DNA of 64,000 nucleotides. Source: Oscillospiraceae bacterium (lineage in GTDB: Bacteria; Bacillota; Clostridia; Oscillospirales; Oscillospiraceae). The position numbers and the translations under genes were made by a program. Below the pieces are notes generated by a model that saw only the letters and a list, made by a program, of their open reading frames with translations, was not told the origin of the DNA and did no database searches. How positions within the stretch are numbered: the first letter of the stretch is position 1; the number at the start of each line of letters is the position of its first letter. Shown one piece after another: positions 1-10,291 of the stretch. The DNA is taken from the NCBI GenBank assembly GCA_020025305.1, contig JAHHSG010000003.1, positions 45,367-109,366 on the forward strand, given 5' to 3'.

Positions 1-1110
1 TTCCCCCGTGACTGCGGTGCTGTGGAGGAAGAGAGCGAAACATTGCAGGAGGTGTTGGTGGAGCAAATCATACCTATGCACCTCCCGCCGCAGCTCCACC
101 GCGCCGCCATCCTTCTCATTGAAAGCCTTGACAGCGCCGGACGGTTGGACGAACCACTCTTTGATATTGCCGCAGCCACCGGCGTACCGGAGCCCCTTTT
201 GGAGCAAGCGCTGCACCTTTTGCAGCAATTGGATCCGGCTGGCATTGCCGGTCGCAATTTAGGAGAAACGCTTTGCTTGCAGCTGCGGCGTATCCACCAC
301 CCCTTGCAGCATATTGCCCTGGACATCGCCCGGAACCATCTGGAGGATGTAGCCAGATTTCACTATGGCCTCATTGCCAAAAAGCTCCGCTGTTCTCTCT
401 CCCAGGTGAAGGAGGCCTGTGATCTCATCCGCACACTGAATCCTCGACCGGCAGCCGCCTATGCGCCTATACAAAAGACCGTCTATCTGATCCCGGATGT
501 AACGGTACTGCCCGGCCCCAACGGCCCTGAGCTACAGTGCAACGACAGCTTTTTCCCCACGCTCCACATCAATGGTTACTACACCCGTATGCTGCGGGAG
601 GACCCAAACAACGAAGAGGTACAGACTTACCTGGCCGGCAAGATACGACAAGCCAAGCAAGTCATCAAGGCAGTGGAACAGCGCCGCAGCACCCTGCTGC
701 GCTGTGCGCAATACCTCCTCCACGCCCAGCAGGCTTTCTTTGAAAAAGGTCCCGGTCATCTTGTGCCTCTCACCTTGAGCGATGCGGCCCAAGCGTTGGA
801 CCTCCACGAGTCCACGGTCAGCCGTGCCATGCAGAATAAGTACCTGCAATGTACGTATGGTGCGTTCCCACTCTCTTATTTTTTCTCCCGCTCTGTAGGC
901 AGCACCACTACCCAAGATACCTCCGCTGACAGCGCCAAAGCGCTCTTGAAAAAACTGATTGATGAAGAGGATCGGAGCAAGCCTCTCTCCGATCAAAAAC
1001 TATGCACCATGATGGCACAGCGCGGCTGCGCCATCTCCCGGCGCACCGTTGCCAAATACCGGGACGAGCTTGGTATCCCCAGCACGGCGGGACGCCGAAC
1101 GGGCAAATGA
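1..1110 (+). CDS. rpoN: RNA polymerase sigma-54 factor, 5'-truncated by the window edge
   Basis: RpoN box ISRRTVAKYRDELGIP, HTH motif HESTVSRA, core-binding motif DPAGIAGRNLGETLCLQL; frame open to the window start. Confidence 0.95.
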   Translation, partial: FPRDCGAVEEESETLQEVLVEQIIPMHLPPQLHRAAILLIESLDSAGRLDEPLFDIAAATGVPEPLLEQALHLLQQLDPAGIAGRNLGETLCLQLRRIHHPLQHIALDIARNHLEDVARFHYGLIAKKLRCSLSQVKEACDLIRTLNPRPAAAYAPIQKTVYLIPDVTVLPGPNGPELQCNDSFFPTLHINGYYTRMLREDPNNEEVQTYLAGKIRQAKQVIKAVEQRRSTLLRCAQYLLHAQQAFFEKGPGHLVPLTLSDAAQALDLHESTVSRAMQNKYLQCTYGAFPLSYFFSRSVGSTTTQDTSADSAKALLKKLIDEEDRSKPLSDQKLCTMMAQRGCAISRRTVAKYRDELGIPSTAGRRTGK

Positions 1111-1211
1111 CAAGGATACGCTTCCACCATACTCAGTAAAATCCCTTGCACGGCATCTATGCAGCGTGTTCCTTTTGCAGGCAGCAGCAGCAAAGAAAAC
1201 AGGATAAAGTA

Positions 1212-1252
1212 AAAGGGTCTGCCGTCTGTTTTGCCCAGACGGCAGACCCTTT
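1212..1252. terminator. Probable bidirectional intrinsic terminator
   Basis: Perfect 17-bp stem aaagggtctgccgtctg/cagacggcagacccttt between convergent genes. Confidence 0.8.
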
Positions 1253-1357
1253 CCGTTGTTTGAACCGTTTTTCATGAAAATTCCAACGTTGGGAGAACGC
1301 TGCACAATTTTCCTTCCCGCCCCAACATCCGGGCGGAAGCAAACTTTTCTGCAGCTT

Positions 1358-2011
1358 TCACTCAACGCTCTCAGGCACAGGCCAATCCGCTGCCCTCATG
1401 GCTTGGCGTATGGATGCTGCCGTATCCTCCAGACCATGGAAGTCTGCAAACTCCCGCTCCGTCATCAATACAGCGCCCACCCGCTCCATGTCTTCCAGAT
1501 TCACACGCTGGATTTCCTCCGTTTGGGAAGAACAACAGTCCGTCAGCACTGCCACATGATAATCCAATGCAATGGCATCATAGGCGGTGGTGCGGACACA
1601 ATTGGGCGTGGTAGTCCCTGCCAGTACCACGGTGCGAATATCCAAGCGGCGCAGAATCAAGTCCAACTCCGTACCAAAAAAGCCGCTCCAACGGGGCTTA
1701 GTTATTATATAATCTCCCGGTTGGGGCTGCAGACCCTCGGCCCACTCCATGCCCTTCGTACCGGGGGCCATCTGTCGTCCTCCCTGCTGCCAGTCTGCAT
1801 AGCGGGTCATCTCCACATCGCTGCCATCGGCGCGATAAATGCGGCGAATCCAAATCACGGGCATTCCTTTTTCCCGCGCCATCTCCATCGTACGTACGCA
1901 GGCAGGTACGGTAGCCGCAGCGCCCGCAATACAGTGAATAGAGTCCTGATCCACAAACCCCCGCTGCATATCAATGATGATATAGGCAGCGCGTGACACA
2001 TTTTTCTTCAT
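1358..2011 (-). CDS. Isochorismatase-family cysteine hydrolase
   Basis: Motifs IIIDMQRGF, KPRWSGFFGTELD, GTTTPNCVRTTAYDA. Confidence 0.9.
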   Translation of the reverse strand: MKKNVSRAAYIIIDMQRGFVDQDSIHCIAGAAATVPACVRTMEMAREKGMPVIWIRRIYRADGSDVEMTRYADWQQGGRQMAPGTKGMEWAEGLQPQPGDYIITKPRWSGFFGTELDLILRRLDIRTVVLAGTTTPNCVRTTAYDAIALDYHVAVLTDCCSSQTEEIQRVNLEDMERVGAVLMTEREFADFHGLEDTAASIRQAMRAADWPVPESVE

Positions 2012-2022
2012 TTCCCCACCCC

Positions 2023-2619
2023 TTAATATCGGCGAATGACCGCCGTCACCTTGCCCATAATCCGTGCCTGGCGGCCATCAATGGGACTGTAGTTCTCATT
2101 CTCCGGTAAAAGCCAGACCTCACGGCCCCGACGGGAAAGCCGCTTGACTGTGGCCTCTTCACCCAGCAGAGCCACCACAATCTCGCCGTTGTTGGCCTCC
2201 GTCTGCTGGCGCACCACCACCAAATCATCCGGGAGGATTCCGGCGTTGATCATGGAATCACCCCGCACACGCAGCGCAAAGAATTCACCGCTGTGTCCAC
2301 CGGTATCGAAGGTCAAATAGTCTTCCACACACTCCTGTGCCAAAATCGGTGTACCCGCCGCCACATTGCCTACAATGGGAATCTGGTTTTCCTGCGCTTC
2401 CTGGATTGCACTGGTCAGCGTGATGGTGCGGCCCTTACCGGCTTTCCTGTCAATCACTCCCAGTTCCTCCAGATGCTTGAGGTGGAAATGCACCGTGGAG
2501 GGAGATTTCAACCCCACCGCATCACCAATCTCCCGTACGGAGGGGGGATAGCCCTTGGTCTGAATGGTCTGGGCAATATAGTCGTATATCTGCTGCTGCA
2601 TCTTTGAGAGCGTAACCAT
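2023..2619 (-). CDS. lexA: SOS repressor LexA
   Basis: GYPPSVREI HTH, VAAG cleavage site, GDSM catalytic Ser, ATVK catalytic Lys. Confidence 0.97.
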   Translation of the reverse strand: MVTLSKMQQQIYDYIAQTIQTKGYPPSVREIGDAVGLKSPSTVHFHLKHLEELGVIDRKAGKGRTITLTSAIQEAQENQIPIVGNVAAGTPILAQECVEDYLTFDTGGHSGEFFALRVRGDSMINAGILPDDLVVVRQQTEANNGEIVVALLGEEATVKRLSRRGREVWLLPENENYSPIDGRQARIMGKVTAVIRRY

Positions 2620-2667
2620 GCCGTGTCTCTCCTTTATTCATCCCTTCGGACGATTATATTTAGCAAT

Positions 2668-2706
2668 ATCATATCATAGGTCGGGGCAAATTGCAACGTT
2701 TGTTCT
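2668..2706 (-). promoter_or_regulatory. sigmaA promoter of lexA with overlapping LexA (Cheo-like) box
   Basis: Minus strand TTGCAA-17-TATGAT with extended TG; AGAAC-AAAC-GTTGC (2693-2706) overlaps the -35 and has one mismatch to GAAC-N4-GTTC. Confidence 0.7.
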
Positions 2707-2760
2707 ATTTCTATTTTCGCAAATCTGTACGTTTTTCCTGCAAATCAGCCGGATTTTCTC

Positions 2761-2789
2761 TTGTAATCGCCTATCACATGTGGTATAAT
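2761..2789 (+). promoter_or_regulatory. sigmaA promoter of secG
   Basis: TTGTAA-17-TATAAT with extended TG. Confidence 0.7.
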
Positions 2790-2853
2790 TTTTTGTACTT
2801 TGAGAAATATGTCCACTGACGGACACGGAATACATTTTGGAGGATAATCCGTT

Positions 2854-3096
2854 ATGATGCTTTTTGTTACGATCCTGCAACTGTTGATTGCGCTGATGTT
2901 GGTACTCATGATCCTGTTTCAGTCCGGTAAGAGCCAGGGCCTCAGCGGCGCTATCGGCGGTATTGCCGACTCTTATATGGCCAAGTCCAAGGCTAAGTCT
3001 ATGGATGCCAAGCTGGCGAAGGCCACCAAATGGGTAGGTGCTTTGTTTGTTGTATTGACGCTGGTACTCAACTGCATGGTTGCTGCCAACATGTAA
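2854..3096 (+). CDS. secG: Preprotein translocase subunit SecG
   Basis: 80 aa, two TM helices, ILFQSGKSQGLSGAIGG motif, GGAGG RBS. Confidence 0.93.
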   Translation: MMLFVTILQLLIALMLVLMILFQSGKSQGLSGAIGGIADSYMAKSKAKSMDAKLAKATKWVGALFVVLTLVLNCMVAANM

Positions 3097-3176
3097 TTGC
3101 TGATTAAAAAGAGTCCAATCCTTGCACTTACCTCTCAAATCAGCATATCTCTCATGAAAACTGTTTATACGACCGA

Positions 3177-3215
3177 AAGGGCTTGTTATCTGTGCAAAGC
3201 AGATAACAAGCCCTT
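3177..3215. terminator. Terminator hairpin after secG
   Basis: 16-bp perfect stem aagggcttgttatctg/cagataacaagccctt. Confidence 0.75.
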
Positions 3216-3436
3216 GCTCTTTTCTTTGATTCATTTGTGGTCGTCTATTTCTCAGCAGGTTTTGCTTGGGAGCATTCCACAGGAACCATTGCTTTCATAA
3301 AAAGAGCCGTGCTCTCTCCTTTGCAAAAGGTCCGTGATCTCTCCTCTGCCACGCCCCTATGGATCGCTGTCCGTTTAGGTGGTAATCGGCGGCTTAACAA
3401 ATAGGGTGCAGTTCAAATTGCAGTTCCGGCACTCTT

Positions 3437-4144
3437 TTATTTAATTTTCCGGTACACCTTTCCCGGCACCGCCTCTGCCCCTTTGCGGGCCAACAGCTCT
3501 TCCACCGTCATAAATTCCACCCCTTGGGCCTGCAGCTGATCTATTGCCTGCAGTGCCGCTGCAACACTGGTGTCATAGCAGTCATGCAGCAGAATGATAC
3601 CGCCGTCTTCCACATGATCCATAATATGCCGCACTACCTGCTCCGTATTGCGGCACTCCCAGTCCTTAGGATCCACTGACCAACAGACCACCGGCGTATG
3701 CCACGTCTCACGCACAGTATCACTCAAGGAGCCGTAGGGTGGCCGCACCCAGTATTCCCCCGGTCCCAGCACACTGCGCAATGCCAAATCACAGCTTTGC
3801 AGTTCCTGCAGCGCCTCGCCATCACTGCATTCTTCCAAAAGATGATGGGAATAGCTATGGTTGCCAATCTGATGCCCCTCTCTGGCCATGCGGCGCACCA
3901 GTGGCGCTTGCTCCCCTACTTGCTCGCCCACCAAAAAGAAAGTGGCGCGCACCCCGCGATCCCGCAGGCCGTCCAGCAGCTGTGGGGTATACTTGGCGGA
4001 CGGGCCGTCATCGAAGGTCAGTGCCATGGCAATGGGGGGCTTTTCCGCTGCAACCTGCTGCTGTGTACTATCGAGACTTTTCTGCTGACCCGCTGCCCCC
4101 AGCAACAGCACTGTCAGGAGCAGCAGGATCGTCCATTTCTTCAT
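3437..4144 (-). CDS. Secreted polysaccharide deacetylase (CE4, PdaA/PdaB-like)
   Basis: TFDDGP, HSYSH, RPPYG, DPKDW and LLHD motifs; N-terminal signal peptide. Confidence 0.92.
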   Translation of the reverse strand: MKKWTILLLLTVLLLGAAGQQKSLDSTQQQVAAEKPPIAMALTFDDGPSAKYTPQLLDGLRDRGVRATFFLVGEQVGEQAPLVRRMAREGHQIGNHSYSHHLLEECSDGEALQELQSCDLALRSVLGPGEYWVRPPYGSLSDTVRETWHTPVVCWSVDPKDWECRNTEQVVRHIMDHVEDGGIILLHDCYDTSVAAALQAIDQLQAQGVEFMTVEELLARKGAEAVPGKVYRKIK

Positions 4145-4177
4145 ACAATCACCCCTTCATTCTATGCGTCCACATAA

Positions 4178-4210
4178 AAAAATACGCCACCCATCGGATG
4201 GCGTATTTTT
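4178..4210 (-). terminator. Terminator hairpin
   Basis: aaaaatacgcca/tggcgtattttt stem just after the stop at 4218. Confidence 0.7.
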
Positions 4211-4217
4211 CGTTTTC

Positions 4218-5195
4218 TCATGCCAAAGGGACCTGGATTTCCACATACTCATCTCCGATAAAGCCGGTAAAGACAGCACGCATTTCCGTTCCTTTCTCCA
4301 CATCCGGCAGCTGAAAGAAATAGGTACACTTGTCTCCATTCCAAAACGAGTCGCTCATATATCCGTAGGACAATGCACCCGTGCTGTGGGTGATGTACAT
4401 AATGTCCGGGGTATCGGCTGATCCGCCTTGATCGACTTCCAAGGTTACCTCAGCCCATCCATCAGACAGGTATTCCACCGCACATGTCTCTACCCTCGTC
4501 ATATACCCTCGCCAGAAGAATAGATCTCCGATTTGAGCCTCATAGGCCACGTCCACCAGCTCATCTATGATGGGATCCACCTCGACCAGCCCCAGATCTT
4601 CCGGACGCTCCGGCTCCACCGGGGTCGCCTCCCGCTGTGGAGCAATCTGGATAGAACTATCCCAGAAATGCTCTGCTTGATCCACTGTGTCGTGGATCGA
4701 ACGAAAAACGAAGATGCTCATGACCAGCACCAGCGCAAAGATAGCGAAGAAGATCAGCAAAAACACGGCCAACATGGGACGTCTCCCCATGCTGCATTTC
4801 CCCGCAGACGTTCTGTAGGGGGGAGAATCCCCTCTTTCGCCGGTAGACGCATCAGCAGTTCCCGTACGCCGGAATGTGTCCGCCCACGCATCATCGTCCG
4901 GTGCCTCATAGCTCCAGGTGTTGGATGGATCACCGGACTCCGTTTCCGGCTCTAGGGAGATGTCTGCTTCCTCCACAGGGGCATTAGGCTTTTCCTCAAA
5001 GCAAACCTTGCCGCCCCCTCTATGCTGCGAACCTGCACCATCCTCCCAAAACTGCTCCTCCGAGATATGGTGCACCGTCCCATCGGCATTCACCTGTTCC
5101 CGGTGCGGCAGGCGGTTAAACGCCCCGCACTCCGGGCAGCAGCCCTCTTTATAATAGTTATAGCGCTTTCCGCAGGCCTTACATGTCACTTTCAC
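4218..5195 (-). CDS. Hypothetical single-pass membrane protein with N-terminal zinc ribbon
   Basis: GTG start after GAGGAGG; CKAC...CPEC, acidic linker, one TM helix, C-terminal extracellular domain. Confidence 0.75.
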   Translation of the reverse strand: MKVTCKACGKRYNYYKEGCCPECGAFNRLPHREQVNADGTVHHISEEQFWEDGAGSQHRGGGKVCFEEKPNAPVEEADISLEPETESGDPSNTWSYEAPDDDAWADTFRRTGTADASTGERGDSPPYRTSAGKCSMGRRPMLAVFLLIFFAIFALVLVMSIFVFRSIHDTVDQAEHFWDSSIQIAPQREATPVEPERPEDLGLVEVDPIIDELVDVAYEAQIGDLFFWRGYMTRVETCAVEYLSDGWAEVTLEVDQGGSADTPDIMYITHSTGALSYGYMSDSFWNGDKCTYFFQLPDVEKGTEMRAVFTGFIGDEYVEIQVPLA

Positions 5196-5322
5196 AGCAA
5201 TTCCCTCCTCCAGCGTCTCTGCCATGGAACCGCTGTAATCGGCTCCACTCTCTGCCATCAGGTATCGTTGTTGGTGTTGAGTATAACATGAATCCGCCCG
5301 CACCACAAGCATTTGTGATACA

Positions 5323-5366
5323 AAAAGCCCTTTTCTATGACGGCTGAGTCATAGAAAAGGGCTTTT
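5323..5366 (-). terminator. Terminator of the ribosomal superoperon
   Basis: 19-bp perfect stem right after the rplQ stop, with T-run. Confidence 0.85.
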
Positions 5367-5379
5367 CATTTCAGTATGC

Positions 5380-5724
5380 TTACTTAACCAGCTCGATGAT
5401 GGCAGTCTCAGCAGCATCGCCACGGCGAACGCCGGTGCGGATGATGCGGGTGTAGCCGCCGTTGCGCTCTGCATACTCAGGAGCGATCTCCTTGAACAGC
5501 TTGTTGGCAACATTCTCTCTGGTGATGAAGCTCAGAGCCTGGCGATAAGATGCCAGATCACCCTTCTTGCCCAGGGTAATCATCTTTTCAGCCAGAGGCT
5601 TGATCTCCTTGGCGCGGGTAATGGTGGTCTCCATTCTGCCCATATCCAGGAAATCAGTCACCTGCTGACGGAGCATCGCCTTGCGCTGATCGGTAGTCTT
5701 ACCGAGCTTACGAGTTCCGGGCAT
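5380..5724 (-). CDS. rplQ: 50S ribosomal protein L17
   Basis: [29 protein letters not shown]; follows rpoA. Confidence 0.97.
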   Translation of the reverse strand: MPGTRKLGKTTDQRKAMLRQQVTDFLDMGRMETTITRAKEIKPLAEKMITLGKKGDLASYRQALSFITRENVANKLFKEIAPEYAERNGGYTRIIRTGVRRGDAAETAIIELVK

Positions 5725-5767
5725 TTGTGTTTCCTCCTTGTAAGGATATCCGCGCTATAGCGCGAAA

Positions 5768-6721
5768 TCAGTTGTTTTCTTCGTCGGCCAGCTTTAAATC
5801 CATCATAGCCAGCTTATTGATAACCTCTTCCAGGGACTTGCGACCCAGGTTACGCACCTTCATCATCTCGTCCTCGGTCTTGTTGATCAAGTCCTTGACG
5901 GTATTGATGTTCGCACGCTTGAGGCAGTTGAAGCTGCGGACCGACAGATCCAGCTCTTCAATCGTCATGTCCAGGACCTGATTGCTCTGATCACTGGGCT
6001 TATCCACCACCGTGGAAGTCGTACCCAGCGTGTCGCTCAAGTCAGTGAACAAGGTGAAATGATCACACAGGATCTTTGCACCCAGAGATACGGCATCTCT
6101 GGCCGAAATCGTGGAGTCTGTCCAAACCTCTAGGGTCAGCTTATCATAGTCGCTCATGCTGCCCACACGGGTATTTTCCACAGTATAGTTAACCTTATAT
6201 ACAGGCGTATAGATGGAGTCGATGGGAATCACACCGATAGTACCAGCGCGAACACCCTTGTTTCGATCCGCAGAGACATAGCCACGGCCATGGCTCAGCG
6301 TAATCTCCATGCTCAGGGTTGCACCCACATCCAGCGTTGCAATGTGCAGCTCAGGATTCAGTACTTCCACTTCACCATCGCTCTTGATGTCGCCGGCTGT
6401 TACCTCGCAGGGACCAGTTGCTTCAATAAAGACCGTCTTGGTACCCTCGCAATGCAGCTTAGTCAGCAGACTCTTTACGTTCAGAACGATCTCTGTCACG
6501 TCTTCTTTCACACCACGGATGGTGGAAAACTCATGCTGGACACCGGCAATTTTAATGCTGGTGGCAGCAGTACCGGGCAGAGAAGAGAGCATGATGCGGC
6601 GCAGCGCATTGCCCAGCGTCGTTCCGTAGCCGCGCTCCAGGGGTTCGATCACATATTTGCCATAGGAAGCGTCCTCGGGCTTTTCAATACACTCGATCTG
6701 AGGCTTCTCAATTTCAATCAT
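5768..6721 (-). CDS. rpoA: RNA polymerase alpha subunit
   Basis: [34 protein letters not shown]. Confidence 0.98.
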   Translation of the reverse strand: MIEIEKPQIECIEKPEDASYGKYVIEPLERGYGTTLGNALRRIMLSSLPGTAATSIKIAGVQHEFSTIRGVKEDVTEIVLNVKSLLTKLHCEGTKTVFIEATGPCEVTAGDIKSDGEVEVLNPELHIATLDVGATLSMEITLSHGRGYVSADRNKGVRAGTIGVIPIDSIYTPVYKVNYTVENTRVGSMSDYDKLTLEVWTDSTISARDAVSLGAKILCDHFTLFTDLSDTLGTTSTVVDKPSDQSNQVLDMTIEELDLSVRSFNCLKRANINTVKDLINKTEDEMMKVRNLGRKSLEEVINKLAMMDLKLADEENN

Positions 6722-6805
6722 GCAGTACCCTCCTTCATTCTCGTTTCAGCGCAGATCCATCTGCGCTTAATATAGTTCAATTGCTTTATGAGGGTCTCGA
6801 CCCTA

Positions 6806-7408
6806 TTACTTGGAGTACAACTCAACGATGAGGTGTTCCTCGATGGGCATATCAATATCCTCACGGGCGGGCAGCTTAGCCACGGTACCCTTCAGGATAT
6901 TCTTCTCACGCTCCAGCCACTGGGGGGCGTTCACCACCGGTGCATCCTCAGCGGTCAGGCGCTTGAAAGCAGCGTTGGAACGGCTGCTCTCCTTGACCTC
7001 GATCACATCGCCGACGCGGACCAGATAGGAGGGGATATCCACCTTTTTGCCGTTCACGGTGAAGTGACCGTGGTTCACCAGCTGACGAGCCTCACGGCGG
7101 GTCATGGCAAAGCCCAGACGATACACCACGTTATCCAGACGACGCTCCACCAGCTGCAGCAGGTTCTCGCCGGTCTTGCCGGGCATAGCGGAAGCCTTCT
7201 CGTAATACAAACGGAACTGCTTCTCCAGAATGCCGTAGACAAACTTCACCTTCTGCTTTTCGTTCAGCTGGATGGCGTACTCGCTCTTCTTCTTTCTCAT
7301 CTGGCCGCCGGGGTTGCGCTTGGTCTCCTTCTTGGAGTAACCCATAACGGCAGGAGAGATGCCCAGCGCCTTGCAACGCTTAGCGATAGGCTGCATATTC
7401 TTAGCCAT
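6806..7408 (-). CDS. rpsD: 30S ribosomal protein S4
   Basis: [30 protein letters not shown]. Confidence 0.98.
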   Translation of the reverse strand: MAKNMQPIAKRCKALGISPAVMGYSKKETKRNPGGQMRKKKSEYAIQLNEKQKVKFVYGILEKQFRLYYEKASAMPGKTGENLLQLVERRLDNVVYRLGFAMTRREARQLVNHGHFTVNGKKVDIPSYLVRVGDVIEVKESSRSNAAFKRLTAEDAPVVNAPQWLEREKNILKGTVAKLPAREDIDMPIEEHLIVELYSK

Positions 7409-7433
7409 ATTCTAATTATCCTCCTTGTTCCGA

Positions 7434-7835
7434 TTACACGCGACGACGCTTGGGGGGACGGCAGCCATTGTGAGGAATGGGGGTCACGTCCTTGATCATC
7501 GTTACCTCCAGGCCAACAGCCTGCAGGGCGCGGATAGCGGCCTCACGACCCTGACCGGGGCCCTTCACGAAGACCTCGACGGTCTTCAGACCGTGCTCCA
7601 TAGCGGCCTTGGCGGCAGTCTCTGCGGCGCTCTGAGCAGCAAAGGGCGTAGACTTCTTGCTGCCACGGAAGCCCAGGCCACCAGAGGAAGCCCAGCTCAG
7701 GGCATTGCCCTGTGCGTCGGTGACGGTCACCATAGTGTTGTTGAAGGAAGAACGAATATGCACCTGGCCCTTTTCGACGTTCTTCTTTTCACGACGGCGG
7801 CGAATTACCTTCTTGCCGTTTTTCACGTTAGCCAT
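7434..7835 (-). CDS. rpsK: 30S ribosomal protein S11
   Basis: [25 protein letters not shown]. Confidence 0.98.
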   Translation of the reverse strand: MANVKNGKKVIRRRREKKNVEKGQVHIRSSFNNTMVTVTDAQGNALSWASSGGLGFRGSKKSTPFAAQSAAETAAKAAMEHGLKTVEVFVKGPGQGREAAIRALQAVGLEVTMIKDVTPIPHNGCRPPKRRRV

Positions 7836-7850
7836 ATTCTACTTCCCTCC

Positions 7851-8219
7851 TTACTTCTTCTTGTTCGCAATGGTCTTCTTAGGACCCTTGCGGGTACGGG
7901 CATTGGTCTTGCTGCGCTGGCCGCGAACGGGCAGGCCGCGACGATGACGAGTGCCGCGATAGCAGCCAATCTCGGTCAGACGCTTGATATCCAATGCCAC
8001 CTGACGACGCAGGTCGCCCTCCACCACGAAGTCCTGATCAATGGCCTCACGGAGCTTAGCCTCTTCGGCCTCCGTCAGATCCTTGACGCGGGTGTCGGGG
8101 TTAATGCCTGTCTTTGTCAGAATATCCTGTGCACTCTTTCTGCCAATACCATAGATATAGGTCAAACCGATTTCGATTCGCTTATCCTTGGGCAGGTCAA
8201 TACCGGCAATACGTGCCAT
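7851..8219 (-). CDS. rpsM: 30S ribosomal protein S13
   Basis: [28 protein letters not shown]. Confidence 0.98.
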   Translation of the reverse strand: MARIAGIDLPKDKRIEIGLTYIYGIGRKSAQDILTKTGINPDTRVKDLTEAEEAKLREAIDQDFVVEGDLRRQVALDIKRLTEIGCYRGTRHRRGLPVRGQRSKTNARTRKGPKKTIANKKK

Positions 8220-8243
8220 ACTTTAAAGCACCTCCACTTTCTA

Positions 8244-8589
<346 letters not shown>

Positions 8590-8592
8590 GTG

Positions 8593-8874
8593 TTATCCCT
8601 CCTGGTCTTGATTACCTCCGCCAATGGCGGCAATGGCTTTACGAAGCTCACTATTTGTGACTTTTTCGCTGTTTCTGATCTTTTCGGCAACCGGCGCACT
8701 ACTCTCACTCACATAGGCTACGTGCTTTTTGCGCTTGCGTTTCGGTGTCTCCACCTTGCGCCGCTTCCCGTCGGCCAGTAGGAGGAAGTCCTCCTCTATA
8801 CGCAGTACAAAGAAGAAGGCTCCCTTGTCCCTACCGGCAATGGATTTTACGATGTTCGATGTGGCAATGTCCAT
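8593..8874 (-). CDS. KOW-domain RNA-binding protein (L14e-like)
   Basis: VKSIAGRDKG, ADGKRRKVETPKRKRKKH; usual position between map and infA. Confidence 0.88.
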   Translation of the reverse strand: MDIATSNIVKSIAGRDKGAFFFVLRIEEDFLLLADGKRRKVETPKRKRKKHVAYVSESSAPVAEKIRNSEKVTNSELRKAIAAIGGGNQDQEG

Positions 8875-8877
8875 AGC

Positions 8878-9639
8878 TTATACCAGAGACTCTGTCGGGT
8901 CCGTCATAATCTCCGGCTCCCCATCGGTAATTACCAGGGTGTTCTCATAATGGCCTGCCAGTTTGCCGTCAGCTGTCTTAACCGTCCAGCCGTCCGGCAT
9001 CTGAATGATCCCGGCGCTGCCCTCATTCACCATCGGCTCTACCGCGATGGCCATACCTCGCAGCAGGCGAGGCCCATGGCCGGGTTTGCCGTAGTTAGGC
9101 ACCTCGGGAGGCTCATGCATGTGACGGCCAATTCCGTGACCCACGAACTCGCGGACAACGGAGAAGCCGTTTTTCTCCACATATTCCTGCACCGCATGGG
9201 AGATATCCGACAGGCGGTAGCCTTCTCTGGCAAACTTGAGCCCCTCAAAGAAGCTCTGCTGGGTCACGCGAATGAGACGCATGGCCTCCTCGGACACCTG
9301 CCCACAGGGGTAGGTACCGGCGCAGTCGCCATGGAAACCACCGATGTAAGCACCCACGTCCACACTGACAAGATCTCCCTCCTGCAGCACCCGTTTACCG
9401 GGGATGCCGTGGATAATCTCATCATTGACGCTGATGCAGACACTGGCCGGATAGCCATTGTAGTGCAGAAAGGACGGAGTTGCACCCTGAGAAGTGATGA
9501 ACTCGTACACTGCCTTGTCAATTTCTTGGGTTGTTACGCCGGGTTTTACCATTTCCCGTGCCAGAGCACGGGCAGCCGCGGTAATTTTTCCCGCCCGGCG
9601 CATCAGTTCGATCTCATGGCTGGATTTTAAAGTAATCAT
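8878..9639 (-). CDS. map: Methionine aminopeptidase type I
   Basis: SVNDEIIHGIP, GHGIGRHMHEPP, HYENT. Confidence 0.97.
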   Translation of the reverse strand: MITLKSSHEIELMRRAGKITAAARALAREMVKPGVTTQEIDKAVYEFITSQGATPSFLHYNGYPASVCISVNDEIIHGIPGKRVLQEGDLVSVDVGAYIGGFHGDCAGTYPCGQVSEEAMRLIRVTQQSFFEGLKFAREGYRLSDISHAVQEYVEKNGFSVVREFVGHGIGRHMHEPPEVPNYGKPGHGPRLLRGMAIAVEPMVNEGSAGIIQMPDGWTVKTADGKLAGHYENTLVITDGEPEIMTDPTESLV

Positions 9640-9645
9640 ACGCGC

Positions 9646-10278
9646 TTACTTCTCCAATGCACTTAAGATCGCCTGCGTTGTACCTTCCACAGTAGGTTGG
9701 TCCTCCACAGTTTTCAGAATCCCACGGGCCTCGTAAAAACCCTTCAGGGGCTCTGTCTCTTTATGATAAACCTCCAAACGATCACGAACCGTATTGGGGT
9801 CATCATCCTTACGCTGTACCAGCTTGCCGCCGCAGACATCGCACACACCCTCCACCTTAGGAGGAATGTTTACGATATGATAGCTGCAGCCACAATGCTC
9901 GCACACACGTCTGCCGCCCATGCGCTGAACAATCTTCTCGTCAGCAATTTCAATGGCGACTACGGCGTCGAAGCTGATGCCGGCTTTCTCCAAGGCTTCC
10001 GCCTGAGCAATCGTGCGGGGCACGCCATCCAAGATGAAGCCATTGGCACAATCGGCGTCCTGCAGGCGCTCATTGATCACACCGATGATCACCTCATCGG
10101 GAACCAGCCGACCACTGTCCATGTACTCCTTGGCCTTCAGGCCAATATGGGTACCGTTCTTGACAGCCGCTCGCAGGATATTACCAGTAGAAATCGTGGG
10201 AATATCCAGCTTCTTCTTGATAATTTCTGCCTGGGTACCCTTACCGGCACCCGGAGCACCTAAAAGGATCAGTTTCAT
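9646..10278 (-). CDS. adk: Adenylate kinase (Zn-lid type)
   Basis: [22 protein letters not shown]...CDVC lid. Confidence 0.97.
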   Translation of the reverse strand: MKLILLGAPGAGKGTQAEIIKKKLDIPTISTGNILRAAVKNGTHIGLKAKEYMDSGRLVPDEVIIGVINERLQDADCANGFILDGVPRTIAQAEALEKAGISFDAVVAIEIADEKIVQRMGGRRVCEHCGCSYHIVNIPPKVEGVCDVCGGKLVQRKDDDPNTVRDRLEVYHKETEPLKGFYEARGILKTVEDQPTVEGTTQAILSALEK

Positions 10279-10291
10279 TTCTTTACCTCGA

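Noticed and set aside
1111..1210. sigma54 promoter near rpoN or elsewhere in intergenic DNA
   Set aside because: A GG-N10-GC spacing occurs near 1152 but lacks the TGGCAC/TTGC consensus. Other GGCAC sites (26906, 34324, 40891, 54883) lack a correctly spaced TTGC.
6722..6805. Two short palindromes between rpsD and rpoA
   Set aside because: They are small hairpins with no recognisable binding motif or U-run, too little to call.
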